Source of the DNA: Parcubacteria bacterium C7867-008
Lineage (GTDB): Bacteria > Patescibacteriota > Minisyncoccia > Phycocordibacterales > Phycocordibacteraceae
Assembly: GCA_001189215.1 (NCBI GenBank)
Contig: LFCR01000005.1
Location: 1 to 32,854 of the forward strand
Length of the DNA: 32,854 nt
Reading direction: 5' to 3'
Shown here: piece after piece, positions 1-9,448 of the stretch
Layout: every line of letters begins with the position of its first letter
Position numbering within the stretch: position 1 is the first letter of the stretch
Made by a program: the position numbers and the translations under genes
The notes under the pieces: generated by a model
The model's database searches: none
Seen by the model: only the letters and a program-made list of their open reading frames with translations
What the model was told of the DNA's origin: nothing

Positions 1-129
1 ACGACTAATGTCGACCCATATGCGCACAGAAATAATTTCAATTCGTAATTAAGATTATTTTTGTGCGCGTATGTGTTGTGTATACATTATTGCGCGCAAT
101 TAGAAATTTTGTGTGAGAAAAAAAATAAA

Positions 130-138
130 TGTGGATAA
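130..138 (-). promoter_or_regulatory. Perfect DnaA box (TTATCCACA on minus strand)
   Basis: TGTGGATAA at 130-138 in an AT-rich non-coding stretch. A one-mismatch box (TGTGTATAC) lies at 77-85. Confidence 0.5.
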
Positions 139-145
139 CTTTATA

Positions 146-185
146 AAAATAAAATTGCATCACTTGTGTGATGCAATTTTATTTT
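146..185. terminator. 18-bp perfect inverted repeat, probable intrinsic terminator downstream of murB
   Basis: AAAATAAAATTGCATCAC-ttgt-GTGATGCAATTTTATTTT, 10 bp beyond the murB stop, with T-runs in both orientations. Confidence 0.75.
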
Positions 186-195
186 GTGCGTATTG

Positions 196-1203
196 TTACG
201 AAAGCGATCGCACTTCTCGTTCAATTTGAATACCTGTTGCATTAAATATTTTCTCTGCAACATTGTTTGCAAGCGCATCAACGTCAACACACGTTGCACC
301 TGCATCTGCAACAAGTACCAATGGTTGGTTTTGAAATAAATATGCATGGCCCATACGAAATCCACGTAGATCAAGTACGTGATCAAGAATCCATGCGAGA
401 GGAATCTTTATACCAGTGCTTGTAGCAAAGCCAGGAAGTTCTGGATACTGTTGCTGTAGCTGGGTGTATTGATCAAGAACGATGGTGGGGTTCTTAAAGA
501 ACGAGCCTGCAGTACCGTACTCTGTAAGGTCTGGGAATTTGGCGCTGCGCACACGACGTACCGCCTCACCTATAGCATGAGGTGTATCAAGTACTTCCCC
601 GGCATCTATGAGACGGGAGAGGTCTGCATACTGTGTCCTAGGACTTCCACTACGCGTAACAGTTAACGCGACGCGCATAATGATACGTCCGGGGTTTTGC
701 TTGAATGTGCTATCTCTGTAGCCAAAAGCACATTCAGCACCAGTGAGTCGTTGGATCGTTTCTGTATCCGGGTCATAGCACTCAAGCCACGAAAAGCTAT
801 CTGCAAGTTCACTTCCATACGCGCCGATGTTTTGAACGGGTGCAGCTCCTACGGTTCCTGGAATACCTGCTAGATTTTCGATTCCCCACAACCCTTTATC
901 AGCACATGCTCGTACAAGCGCATCCCATGACGTTCCTGCATCAGCACATACTTCAACTCCCTCTGAAGTATCAGAGAATGCAATACTATTGTTCTGCATA
1001 AGAAGTAGGACGGCAGCAATGGATGCATCTGACGCAAGTATGTTACTTCCCTGTCCTATGGGATATAGCGGAAGGCGACATTCACGCGCATGCGCAAATG
1101 CCGCCTTCACTGATGCTACTGAGTTCCCTTGAGCGACGTAGCGTGCAGGACCACCGATACGGAATGTAGTTAGCGTGGAGAGCGGTACGTTCTCGCGCAT
1201 CAT
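196..1203 (-). CDS. murB: UDP-N-acetylmuramate dehydrogenase (MurB)
   Basis: Motifs LTTFRIGGPA, IGQGSNIL, GIENLAGIPGTVGAAPVQNIGAYG, FGYRDS, AGSFFKNP and C-terminal GIQIEREV. Confidence 0.97.
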   Translation of the reverse strand: MMRENVPLSTLTTFRIGGPARYVAQGNSVASVKAAFAHARECRLPLYPIGQGSNILASDASIAAVLLLMQNNSIAFSDTSEGVEVCADAGTSWDALVRACADKGLWGIENLAGIPGTVGAAPVQNIGAYGSELADSFSWLECYDPDTETIQRLTGAECAFGYRDSTFKQNPGRIIMRVALTVTRSGSPRTQYADLSRLIDAGEVLDTPHAIGEAVRRVRSAKFPDLTEYGTAGSFFKNPTIVLDQYTQLQQQYPELPGFATSTGIKIPLAWILDHVLDLRGFRMGHAYLFQNQPLVLVADAGATCVDVDALANNVAEKIFNATGIQIEREVRSLS

Positions 1204-1211
1204 ATCGGAGC

Positions 1212-3359
1212 TTATTGTGCGCCGAGCTGTGCAAGGAAGGAGTTCCCTTGTGCCGCTGCTTCTGGATGAGCAGCAATGGTCTCGCGAATAGTTTGGATTG
1301 CTTTATCACGCTGACCAGACTCACTATATGCAGCAGCCAGCTGGAATCCAGAACCAGCATCTTTCGCATTCTTAACGTGCAGCTGGATGAGTGGAATAAT
1401 GTTATTCCAATCTTTGAGTTGGTAGTACGCAGGAACAAGAATCTGTTGATCAACGAGTGTGGTACCGAATTTCTCCTTGAGAATTGCCTGCCCTCCAGCA
1501 ACATCGTTGGTGATGATATGACCCACCGCTGCATAGACTGCGCCAAGTTCATACCGTCTATCAAGAGCATATGCTTCTTCAAAGAATTTGCGGCCACCCA
1601 CTACATCTCCGCTCTGCCAGCGTTCCATACCCTGCTCTAATATGATGGTTTGTTTTGTTGGAGCTAATGAACGCGCCAGATCACTCTGCTTTATAGCGTT
1701 CTGGTAATCCCCTACTGAACGAAGCATGATTGCGTACTGAATGCGTACACGCGCATCACCAGGAGCTTGTTTGAACTGAAGTGCCATTTGTTCATTAGCG
1801 AATACAAGGACCTCCTGCTTAACATTGTTAGGGATTTCCTGAGCTGATACCACGCTACTAGTGAAAGACATGAGTTGTTCACGTACTTCCTGTATAGCGA
1901 ATGGGTTATCGCTCACCGCACGCTTCATAGAGGCAAAGCGTGTATTCACATCTGACGTTGGTGTAAGTCCTTGGATCAGATCCTTACCACCCTGAATAGT
2001 TGGTACATTCACCATCCAAAGAACTAGTACCAGTACTACGAAGGCGACTGGTGTAACGATAGTAGAAGCCGTAGTCTCACTTGCTTCAGGTAGACGTTCA
2101 AGGGTAGGAATAGGTTTGGAGCGTGCAGAATACGCAAGCGCAAACAATGCCGCCAGTGGTATGTAGGTGAAGAGGTTATCGAATACCACCAGCGCCTGTA
2201 CGCCATAGGCAATGAATGCAGACATAACCAGTATGCGTTCTGGACGACTCGCTGCCCCACGGTAGAGCGCGATAATTGCTGCACCAAAGAGACTTAAGAA
2301 TAGAACAAGTGCTGGTATGCCGCCTGCGATCAACCAGTCGAGATAGAGATTGTGCACACGATCGAACCATGGTTCCTGCCCATAGAGAGAAGGATCGTAG
2401 TACTTATTGAATACATAGTTAAAGCCTTCGTGACCCCAACCAGTGATTGGTCGCTCTTCAAAGCCTTTCATTGCCATATTCCAGATAGTGAAGCGGACTT
2501 CCATATCCTTTAGTGAGATTGAGGCGAAACGCGAAAGAATAGCGTTATCTGCAATTACAGGCTGTTCCTTTAGTGCAATGAATCCACCGATAACCACAAG
2601 GATAGTTATGAGTGCGACAGCGGCACCTTGTTTGCCACGCTTTCCTGCTTCAATAAGCCATAGGAACGTACCTGCTACGGCTGCAGCCAAGAAACCAACC
2701 ATCGTACCGCGTGTACCTGTACCAATGAGTACAAGCACTTGTACTGCTGCAAGTATGAAGAGTGAGTAGCGAAGTAGTGCACTGGATTTTCCTTTTGTAT
2801 CGAATGCTAGCCAGAGTGTGGTTGCTATAGCGAAGAGGAGGTAGCCAGCGAGATATTCTGAGTTTCCAAGAGACGCATCGAGACGAGTTGAGCCTTGATG
2901 TATTTGCGCACCACCAAAGAACTGAAGTGCTGCATATGCACACACAAGTGCACTAGCACCTGAAAATGTAAGCCACCACTTACGCCAGAGTTTATCTACA
3001 CCAAATACAGTTCCTGCAACTATAAAGAAGAGGAACAGGTGGATGAGGGTTACCCAACCATCCATGCGTTCAAAGTTACTCCAGAATGCCTTGTGTGGGT
3101 TCACAGCAAGGAAATCTGCAATTGCCATCCATGCGGTGAAGAGCGCAAATAGCACCATCACCCATGAGAACTTGGGACGATAGTGCTTATCCATGATTGC
3201 GAGCACGATCCAAGAAGCCGTGGCAATCTCAACAAGGATTCTAAAACCAAAGTTCTTACCCGCTATAAATGGGAAATAAATGGTCCCGTCTACATATAGA
3301 GCGAGGAATGGGATGGCGAATAAAGCGAGCAGAGTGGTCCAGAGAGCAACTTTTTTCAT
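1212..3359 (-). CDS. O-antigen ligase / O-oligosaccharyltransferase-like (Wzy_C) polytopic membrane protein with C-terminal TPR-like region
   Basis: About 12 hydrophobic segments; motifs RLDASLGNSEYLAGY, TGTRG, RFTIW...PITGWG and DRVHNLYLD; helical TPR-like C-terminal ~200 aa. Confidence 0.88.
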   Translation of the reverse strand: MKKVALWTTLLALFAIPFLALYVDGTIYFPFIAGKNFGFRILVEIATASWIVLAIMDKHYRPKFSWVMVLFALFTAWMAIADFLAVNPHKAFWSNFERMDGWVTLIHLFLFFIVAGTVFGVDKLWRKWWLTFSGASALVCAYAALQFFGGAQIHQGSTRLDASLGNSEYLAGYLLFAIATTLWLAFDTKGKSSALLRYSLFILAAVQVLVLIGTGTRGTMVGFLAAAVAGTFLWLIEAGKRGKQGAAVALITILVVIGGFIALKEQPVIADNAILSRFASISLKDMEVRFTIWNMAMKGFEERPITGWGHEGFNYVFNKYYDPSLYGQEPWFDRVHNLYLDWLIAGGIPALVLFLSLFGAAIIALYRGAASRPERILVMSAFIAYGVQALVVFDNLFTYIPLAALFALAYSARSKPIPTLERLPEASETTASTIVTPVAFVVLVLVLWMVNVPTIQGGKDLIQGLTPTSDVNTRFASMKRAVSDNPFAIQEVREQLMSFTSSVVSAQEIPNNVKQEVLVFANEQMALQFKQAPGDARVRIQYAIMLRSVGDYQNAIKQSDLARSLAPTKQTIILEQGMERWQSGDVVGGRKFFEEAYALDRRYELGAVYAAVGHIITNDVAGGQAILKEKFGTTLVDQQILVPAYYQLKDWNNIIPLIQLHVKNAKDAGSGFQLAAAYSESGQRDKAIQTIRETIAAHPEAAAQGNSFLAQLGAQ

Positions 3360-3401
3360 AGTGCTGATAGTATATACCGTTTATGATAAAATACTGGAAT
3401 A

Positions 3402-4706
3402 ATGCGCTATAAATCCTTACGGGAGCGCTTTCAACCCCTTACCGATACTATCGGCCGAAAGCTGAATACGGACATGAATTATCTGGTCTCTGGAGGATTC
3501 TGGAGCGCGGTAGGTACTGTCCTATCTGCAATAATTGGACTTGCTACAGCGGTTGCTTTCGCAAACCTGCTTCCGAAAGATACCTATGGTACGTATCAGT
3601 ACGTACTCTCTGGAGTCACTCTCCTGGGTCTCCTTTCCCTGCCCGCAATGAAGAGTGCTGTCTTCTACGCAGCTGCACATAATAAGGATGGCTCATTCCT
3701 TGAAGCAATACGCATGAAGATGCGTTGGAATTTTCTCTCAGCAATTGCTGCCTTTGGAGTTGCTGCATACTATTTGATACACGGTAACGTACTACTCGCT
3801 TCCTCCTTCGCTATTGTTGGTCTCTTTATTCCCGTGTGGGAGCTCTATGGTAACTACGTACACTATCTTTTGGGTAAGAAACACTTTAAGGATGGGGTAA
3901 TTTATGAGGCAGTTGCACAGGCAGTAAACGCAGCGACTATTATTATCATCTTACTTCTCACAAAGAATCTATTGATACTGCTGTTTGGATTCTTCGCGAG
4001 TTGGACGATTGCTCGCGTATTCCTATTCCGTAAGGCGCTACGTGCATATCCTCCTAATACTGAGCGTGATCCCGAGATACTGGGGTATGCGAAGCACCTC
4101 TCGCTCATGACGGTGCTTACCACCATTGCTAGTAATGCAGATAAGATGCTTTTGTGGCAGTTCCTTGGTCCCATTGGTATTGCTACCTATAGCTTCTCTT
4201 TAACCGTACCGAGCCGAGCAACAAATGCGCTCGGAAGTATTAATCGTTTGTATTTCCCCAAGGCGGTAGAGCACGAGCTCCCGGTAATACGTAAGGTACT
4301 TATTGGAAGAGTGTTTATTCTCTTCACCTTTGCAGTTGTAGCTGCTGCGATCTATATAGGGATTGCTCCGTACCTCTTCGGTATATTCTTCGCAAAATAT
4401 ATGGAGGCAGTGCCATACACACAGGCACTTGCATTGGTTATTGCTCTTCAACCATTCTCATTATTCAGTACGGCTCTTTCAGCGCATGCCCGCAAGAAAG
4501 AGTTATATATTGCGAACCTAGTGCCCCCAGCAATACAGATTGGACTATTTTTAGTACTTATACCAACACTGCATGTTTGGGGTGCGGTTGTGGGAATCCT
4601 TTGCTCACGTGTTGTTGAAGCTGTTTTATATTTTGTTCTATTTCTTCACGCATCACGCACTCCTACCATTACTTCCGAGCTACATACACCGCCTCTCTCA
4701 AACTAA
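3402..4706 (+). CDS. Oligosaccharide flippase (Wzx / polysaccharide biosynthesis MATE-like)
   Basis: About 12 TM segments; ANLLPKDTYGTY and ADKMLLWQFLGPIGIATY motifs typical of Wzx; sits in a glycan cluster. Confidence 0.88.
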   Translation: MRYKSLRERFQPLTDTIGRKLNTDMNYLVSGGFWSAVGTVLSAIIGLATAVAFANLLPKDTYGTYQYVLSGVTLLGLLSLPAMKSAVFYAAAHNKDGSFLEAIRMKMRWNFLSAIAAFGVAAYYLIHGNVLLASSFAIVGLFIPVWELYGNYVHYLLGKKHFKDGVIYEAVAQAVNAATIIIILLLTKNLLILLFGFFASWTIARVFLFRKALRAYPPNTERDPEILGYAKHLSLMTVLTTIASNADKMLLWQFLGPIGIATYSFSLTVPSRATNALGSINRLYFPKAVEHELPVIRKVLIGRVFILFTFAVVAAAIYIGIAPYLFGIFFAKYMEAVPYTQALALVIALQPFSLFSTALSAHARKKELYIANLVPPAIQIGLFLVLIPTLHVWGAVVGILCSRVVEAVLYFVLFLHASRTPTITSELHTPPLSN

Positions 4707-5478
4707 GACCGAATCGCTCACATTCTTCATTGGTAAATAGTTCCTTTGCCGTTTGCGAAGACACGGTGAATCCTGCTTGAGTTAAGCGCAAGATGTATTC
4801 TGCTTCCGCATAGATGCGAACATGGTCTGCTTGGCCGAAGACTCGAATCCGATCCTCAGGTTCAGAAACATTTGCATCCTCAATAGAGACTTTAGTTTCC
4901 CTAGTTACGGGTACCTGTAAGATCGCCAAACCTCCTGGTTTTAGTACCCGATAGATTTCACTCATTGCTCGTGCATCATCAAGTACATGTTCTAAGACAT
5001 GGTTACAGATGATGTAATCAAAATTATTGTCTTCGGAAGGAAGATCTGTTACATCCATAGAGATTGCATCTCCATATCGCCCATCAAGATACCTCGGGTC
5101 TCCTTCAAACTTGTCTCCAGCAATATAGGTTCCTGTTGGGCGATTTCTGAGCAACCTCATAAGATTCTTTTCAGGTGCAATATGCAGCACATCTGATGAT
5201 GATGTAAATATATCTGTGTGTGTCTTTAAATATAGATATACGAGACGCTCCTTATCACTAGCCCCACACCAGGGACATTGCATTTGCTTACGGGAACCCA
5301 TTGAGACAATCTTGTATCGATCTACAACAGACTGCCCTGCTGTTACTCGGCTTGGCATAAATGATCGCATAGATCTATTACATACCGGACAGTGGTGCCC
5401 CGTGCCCACGTACGCGATCCAAGTCCTGATCTTCACTCGTATACGCTTAACACGAGATATAAGCATTCGCATGATCAT
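4669..5478 (-). CDS. Class I SAM-dependent methyltransferase with N-terminal CxxC...CxxC
   Basis: CPVC...CPWC, VLHIAPE, DYIICNHVLEHV, RVLKPGG and FGQADHVR. Its 3' end overlaps the flippase 3' end by 38 bp. The start may be 5472. Confidence 0.85.
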   Translation of the reverse strand: MIMRMLISRVKRIRVKIRTWIAYVGTGHHCPVCNRSMRSFMPSRVTAGQSVVDRYKIVSMGSRKQMQCPWCGASDKERLVYLYLKTHTDIFTSSSDVLHIAPEKNLMRLLRNRPTGTYIAGDKFEGDPRYLDGRYGDAISMDVTDLPSEDNNFDYIICNHVLEHVLDDARAMSEIYRVLKPGGLAILQVPVTRETKVSIEDANVSEPEDRIRVFGQADHVRIYAEAEYILRLTQAGFTVSSQTAKELFTNEECERFGLSLREAVYVARK

Positions 5479-5481
5479 GGA

Positions 5482-6573
5482 TTATAAGCGTCCTTGTATG
5501 AAAGAAACAATCGCATCAGATCGTTGATTCCAGGTATATCGTTCACGTACGAGTTTCTTGGCACGATCTGCACGTTCAGCGCGTTGTGGGTCGCTCTGTG
5601 CTTTCTGTATCCCTTGCGCTAATGCTTCAGCATCATCTGGTTTTACTAATACTGCTAGATCATCCGTAAGTATCTCTCGAAGTGAGGGTAGGTCACTCGC
5701 CACAATCGGTGTTCCGCTTGCCATATATGCAAAGAGTTTAAGTGGGGATGTAGATACACGAGAGATTTCCTGCACGCCCGAGTTAGGTATCACTGCAATA
5801 TCTGCAGCACGTAGGTACTGTGGAAGTGCCGTGTTATAAGGTTTCTGCCCTTCCATGCGCACTGACTCATGCAGTTCGTGTGTACCAAGGAATTCTGTAA
5901 CATGCGGAGGTTTGCCGCCTACAATTACAAAGAGCCATTCAGATCCCATATGTCTGATGCTTTCATAGAACGTATCTGCTCCTTTCCATGGCTCAAGACT
6001 TCCTGCATAAAGTGCAATCTTCTTATCGAGTGGCAGCCCTAGCGCAACACGCGCTTCCTCCTTGGTCTGTGGTATTTCAAATAGTGCAGGGTCTACAGCA
6101 TCAGCGGCAACAAACATGGTTCCTTTATAGCCATAGTCGGATTGAAGAGAGGCTCGCATACCTTCCGTAATAGGTATCACATACGGCATGTGCGAAAGTA
6201 TATATTTGTGCCAGAGCTTTGGTGCATACTCCAGGCGATGCACTTCGTAACAAAAAGTTATATGAGCACTCTTGAAGAACACTCGGGAGAACAGCACTAG
6301 AAAGAAAAGTAGTTTTTCTTCTCGGCAATAGATATGAGTGAAGTTGTTTGCGCTCGCATACCGAAGATAGTTCCATGCAAGATACGGACTCTTTGTCTTT
6401 GTACCCATCTCTACCACATTGCAGCTAAGATTCGTGTGTTCCTTTCCGACACTCATCCCAAGTGTAAAAGAATTCCCAAGTGTATGATCGAAAGCATTTG
6501 CCATACTCACGATCTGGATACGATTTGCGAGTGATGAAGGAAACCGTAATGAGGTAGCGTACAGGAGCTTCAT
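5482..6573 (-). CDS. Glycosyltransferase family 4
   Basis: ANRIQI, YAGSLEPWKG, AADIAVIP and SPLKLFAYMASGTPIVASD. Confidence 0.92.
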   Translation of the reverse strand: MKLLYATSLRFPSSLANRIQIVSMANAFDHTLGNSFTLGMSVGKEHTNLSCNVVEMGTKTKSPYLAWNYLRYASANNFTHIYCREEKLLFFLVLFSRVFFKSAHITFCYEVHRLEYAPKLWHKYILSHMPYVIPITEGMRASLQSDYGYKGTMFVAADAVDPALFEIPQTKEEARVALGLPLDKKIALYAGSLEPWKGADTFYESIRHMGSEWLFVIVGGKPPHVTEFLGTHELHESVRMEGQKPYNTALPQYLRAADIAVIPNSGVQEISRVSTSPLKLFAYMASGTPIVASDLPSLREILTDDLAVLVKPDDAEALAQGIQKAQSDPQRAERADRAKKLVRERYTWNQRSDAIVSFIQGRL

Positions 6574-7229
6574 ATCTTTGTGCCCGTTACGAGATACCCT
6601 AGCGCGTAGTCTGCTGGATCATATTTCTTATGGAACAATCGCGCCGCATGAACCATAAGTACGTCTAGTACCTGAACCAGGTATCGGAGGGTGTAGAACG
6701 AAATAAAACGAATCGGCTTTGGAAGGAGTCTGTCTATAAGTACATACGAAGCACTCCACACTCCGCTCCCGAGGGGAATTATGCTGATATTTGATATGCC
6801 CACACCTTCAAGCTCACGTCGGAGAGTACTTGCTGTGAAGCGATGGAAGTCATCCGGTGATGGGTGCACTGGAAATAAAAACGGCACCACCACAAGCATC
6901 TTCCCTCTTGGTGAAAGGACACGAGCAGATTCTTTTAACAGATCACGATATGCGTAGATGTGTTCAAGGACATTAAAAAGTACCACGCCGTCATATGTTG
7001 CGTTATCAATAGGAAGAGGTTCCTCAAGATTGTGGAGAATATCTGGCTTGGTCTTAGGATCAAGGTTTAGACGTGTGGTTGAGAATGTTCCTTGTATAAA
7101 GGTGAGGTATTCAGAATTCGCATCACCACCAAGATCTAGCACCTGTCCTACCAGTGACACTGAACGGAGAGCGCGGTGCTCTGCAAGCCTTAGAAGTGAG
7201 GGTATGCCAGCCATAGTATTAGATGCCAA
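6570..7229 (-). CDS. Class I SAM-dependent methyltransferase (type 11-like)
   Basis: VLDLGG, FNVLEHI, RVLSPRG and PFLFPVHPSPDDFHRFT; ATGA overlap with the downstream GT. Confidence 0.88.
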   Translation of the reverse strand: MASNTMAGIPSLLRLAEHRALRSVSLVGQVLDLGGDANSEYLTFIQGTFSTTRLNLDPKTKPDILHNLEEPLPIDNATYDGVVLFNVLEHIYAYRDLLKESARVLSPRGKMLVVVPFLFPVHPSPDDFHRFTASTLRRELEGVGISNISIIPLGSGVWSASYVLIDRLLPKPIRFISFYTLRYLVQVLDVLMVHAARLFHKKYDPADYALGYLVTGTKI

Positions 7230-8418
7230 GCGCTAGTGCGTATTCATCAATAATGCCATCTGCATCGAAGTCTTCTGAACGCTCGCGACTCTTTGCAGCA
7301 TATGCCGCACGCTTTGTAGGATCAGAAAGTAGAGTCTGTATTGCCTCTGTGAGTGCCTCTTCATCGTTTACTGCAGTTAGAACGCCGTAAGTTGCATATT
7401 CAACACCATTCTTCATACGAATCTGGTGGTCTGTATCGGGAGCAATTATTTCACGAGGTCCTGCCCCGCTACAGTCACTAGCAATAACTGGAAGTCCAAC
7501 TACCATTGCTTCAAGCAATGCATTGGGCATACCCTCCCAAAGGGTTGGAAACACAAAAACGTCTGCCTTGCTCATGTACTTGTATGGATTATCTGCATAC
7601 CCAATAAGTTCAATAGAGTCCTCCATGTTGAGTTCAGCAATAAGAGCGCGCACTCTTGCTTCTTCTCGTCCATTACCCACCAGAGCAAGACGCGCAGGCA
7701 TATTTGCGCGTACCGCAGCAAATGAACGAATAAGTACAGGCAGATTCTTCTGCTCACGAAGCCGTCCAACAAATAGAGCAAGTGGGACAGTCTTATCCTT
7801 GAACCACGGGTGATCAACCGGCTCTTGAGCTTTCTCTAGTATTTCTGAGCGTGGCTTTGGTTGATAGATTACCGAAACACGCTCAGGAAGGATATGTGTT
7901 AGTTCAATAATATCGTCACGTACCCCCTTGGATACTGCGATAACACCGTCTGCATATTTATAAAAGGCTCGTATAAGGGTTGGAAGTAATTTACTCTTGA
8001 GGCCTTCATAGCGAGTAAAGAGCTCGGAAAGCATGTTTCCAATACGTAGAACAATGCGAGTATCACTCTTCGTAAGATAGCGTGCAGCTAATGCGAGTAG
8101 ATGAGTGAATTCATCAAGTGCGAGAAGCGTCTCTGGCTTCTCCTCTTTCATGTATCTCATTAAAGGGAACAACGAGAGTGCCATACGACGTCGGTCTAGT
8201 GAACGCACATTCACTCGCTCATCAACATGCTCTGCGTACTGCCCCACGGGCTTCAGTACGAGAAGATCAACATTATATCCACGAGCAGCAAACGTATTAG
8301 CTAACGTGATCATAACGCGCTCTCCCCCTCCTGCACGGAAGGATGATATGAGGAATGCAATCTTTTTAGAGGAAATGGTACGAGGAGAAGTCACAGTATC
8401 TAGCCAACATGCGGGCAA
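7219..8418 (-). CDS. Glycosyltransferase family 4 (WabH/PglJ-like)
   Basis: GGGERV, FVGRLREQKN and ADVFVFPTLWEGMPNALLEAM. The exact start is uncertain because it overlaps the gmd end. Confidence 0.92.
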   Translation of the reverse strand: MPACWLDTVTSPRTISSKKIAFLISSFRAGGGERVMITLANTFAARGYNVDLLVLKPVGQYAEHVDERVNVRSLDRRRMALSLFPLMRYMKEEKPETLLALDEFTHLLALAARYLTKSDTRIVLRIGNMLSELFTRYEGLKSKLLPTLIRAFYKYADGVIAVSKGVRDDIIELTHILPERVSVIYQPKPRSEILEKAQEPVDHPWFKDKTVPLALFVGRLREQKNLPVLIRSFAAVRANMPARLALVGNGREEARVRALIAELNMEDSIELIGYADNPYKYMSKADVFVFPTLWEGMPNALLEAMVVGLPVIASDCSGAGPREIIAPDTDHQIRMKNGVEYATYGVLTAVNDEEALTEAIQTLLSDPTKRAAYAAKSRERSEDFDADGIIDEYALALGI

Positions 8419-9446
8419 TGAATAGTTTGTTCCAAATCAGATTCAACCATAATTCGAACCAGGTCTTTGAATCCCGTGCGGGGCTCCCATCCAAGTATTT
8501 TCTTTGCTTTTGTTGCGTCACCTCGGAGATAACTAACCTCATTGGGTCGGAAATATCCTGGGTCAACTCGAACCCGCACAGTTCCTGTCTTTGAATCGAT
8601 ACCTACCTCATCAAGCCCAATCCCTTTCCACGTTATATCTACCCCAACGATCCGAAAAGCTTCTTCAACAAACTCACGTATTGTGTGTGTCTCTTCTGTG
8701 GCAATAACGAAATCATTTGGAGTGTCTTGCTGAAGCATCATCCATGCAGCTTCCATGTACTCTGGAGCAAATCCCCAATCTCGAGACGCATCAAGATTCC
8801 CTAATGTAATTGTGTCACGAGTACCTCGTACAATTTCCCCGATACTTAGAGTTACCTTTCTTGATACAAAGTTGAAACCGCGTCGAGGACTTTCGTGATT
8901 AAAAAGAATCCCATTAACAACAAACATACCGTAACTTTCACGATATATACGAGCGGTTTCAAAAGCATATAGCTTTGCAACACCATAAGGGCTTCTTGGT
9001 TTTAGCGGTGTTGTTTCATTTTGTGGGGCTGTAGTTTTGTCTCCAGAAAATAACTCTGAAGTTGAAGCTTGATATACCTTACACTTCAAGTCCAATGCTC
9101 TTATTGCTTCAAGAAGCGACAGTGTGCCTATTGCATCACATTGAGCAGTGTAAAACGGCAATTCAAACGAGACTTTAACATGGGACTGGGCAGCAAGATT
9201 ATATACCTCATCAGGCTGCACCTCTTTTAAGATTCTGATCAGTGAATTAATATCTGTCATATCTCCATAGTGCAGACCACGATCCCGTTGTTCTTCAGAC
9301 CCAAATATATGACTTATGTTTAATCGATTGAAGGTGCTTGAACGGCGAATTATGCCGTGAACCTCATACCCTTTACTGAGAAGTAGCTCAGCAAGATATG
9401 AACCATCTTGACCTGTAATTCCTGTAATAAGTGCTTTCTTTTTCAT
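8400..9446 (-). CDS. gmd: GDP-mannose 4,6-dehydratase
   Basis: ALITGITGQDGSYLAELLL, PDEVYNLAAQSHV, YQASTSE, SPYGVAK, NGILFNHESPRRG and RDWG. Confidence 0.97.
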   Translation of the reverse strand: MKKKALITGITGQDGSYLAELLLSKGYEVHGIIRRSSTFNRLNISHIFGSEEQRDRGLHYGDMTDINSLIRILKEVQPDEVYNLAAQSHVKVSFELPFYTAQCDAIGTLSLLEAIRALDLKCKVYQASTSELFSGDKTTAPQNETTPLKPRSPYGVAKLYAFETARIYRESYGMFVVNGILFNHESPRRGFNFVSRKVTLSIGEIVRGTRDTITLGNLDASRDWGFAPEYMEAAWMMLQQDTPNDFVIATEETHTIREFVEEAFRIVGVDITWKGIGLDEVGIDSKTGTVRVRVDPGYFRPNEVSYLRGDATKAKKILGWEPRTGFKDLVRIMVESDLEQTIHCPHVG

Positions 9447-9448
9447 AG

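Noticed and set aside
4669-4706. 38-bp convergent overlap of flippase and methyltransferase as a regulatory device
   Set aside because: Short tail-to-tail overlaps are common in compact genomes and nothing else supports a function.
6570-6573. Alternative genetic code (UGA read as Gly)
   Set aside because: TGA ends full-length genes at ATGA overlaps, and conserved genes are uninterrupted under code 11.
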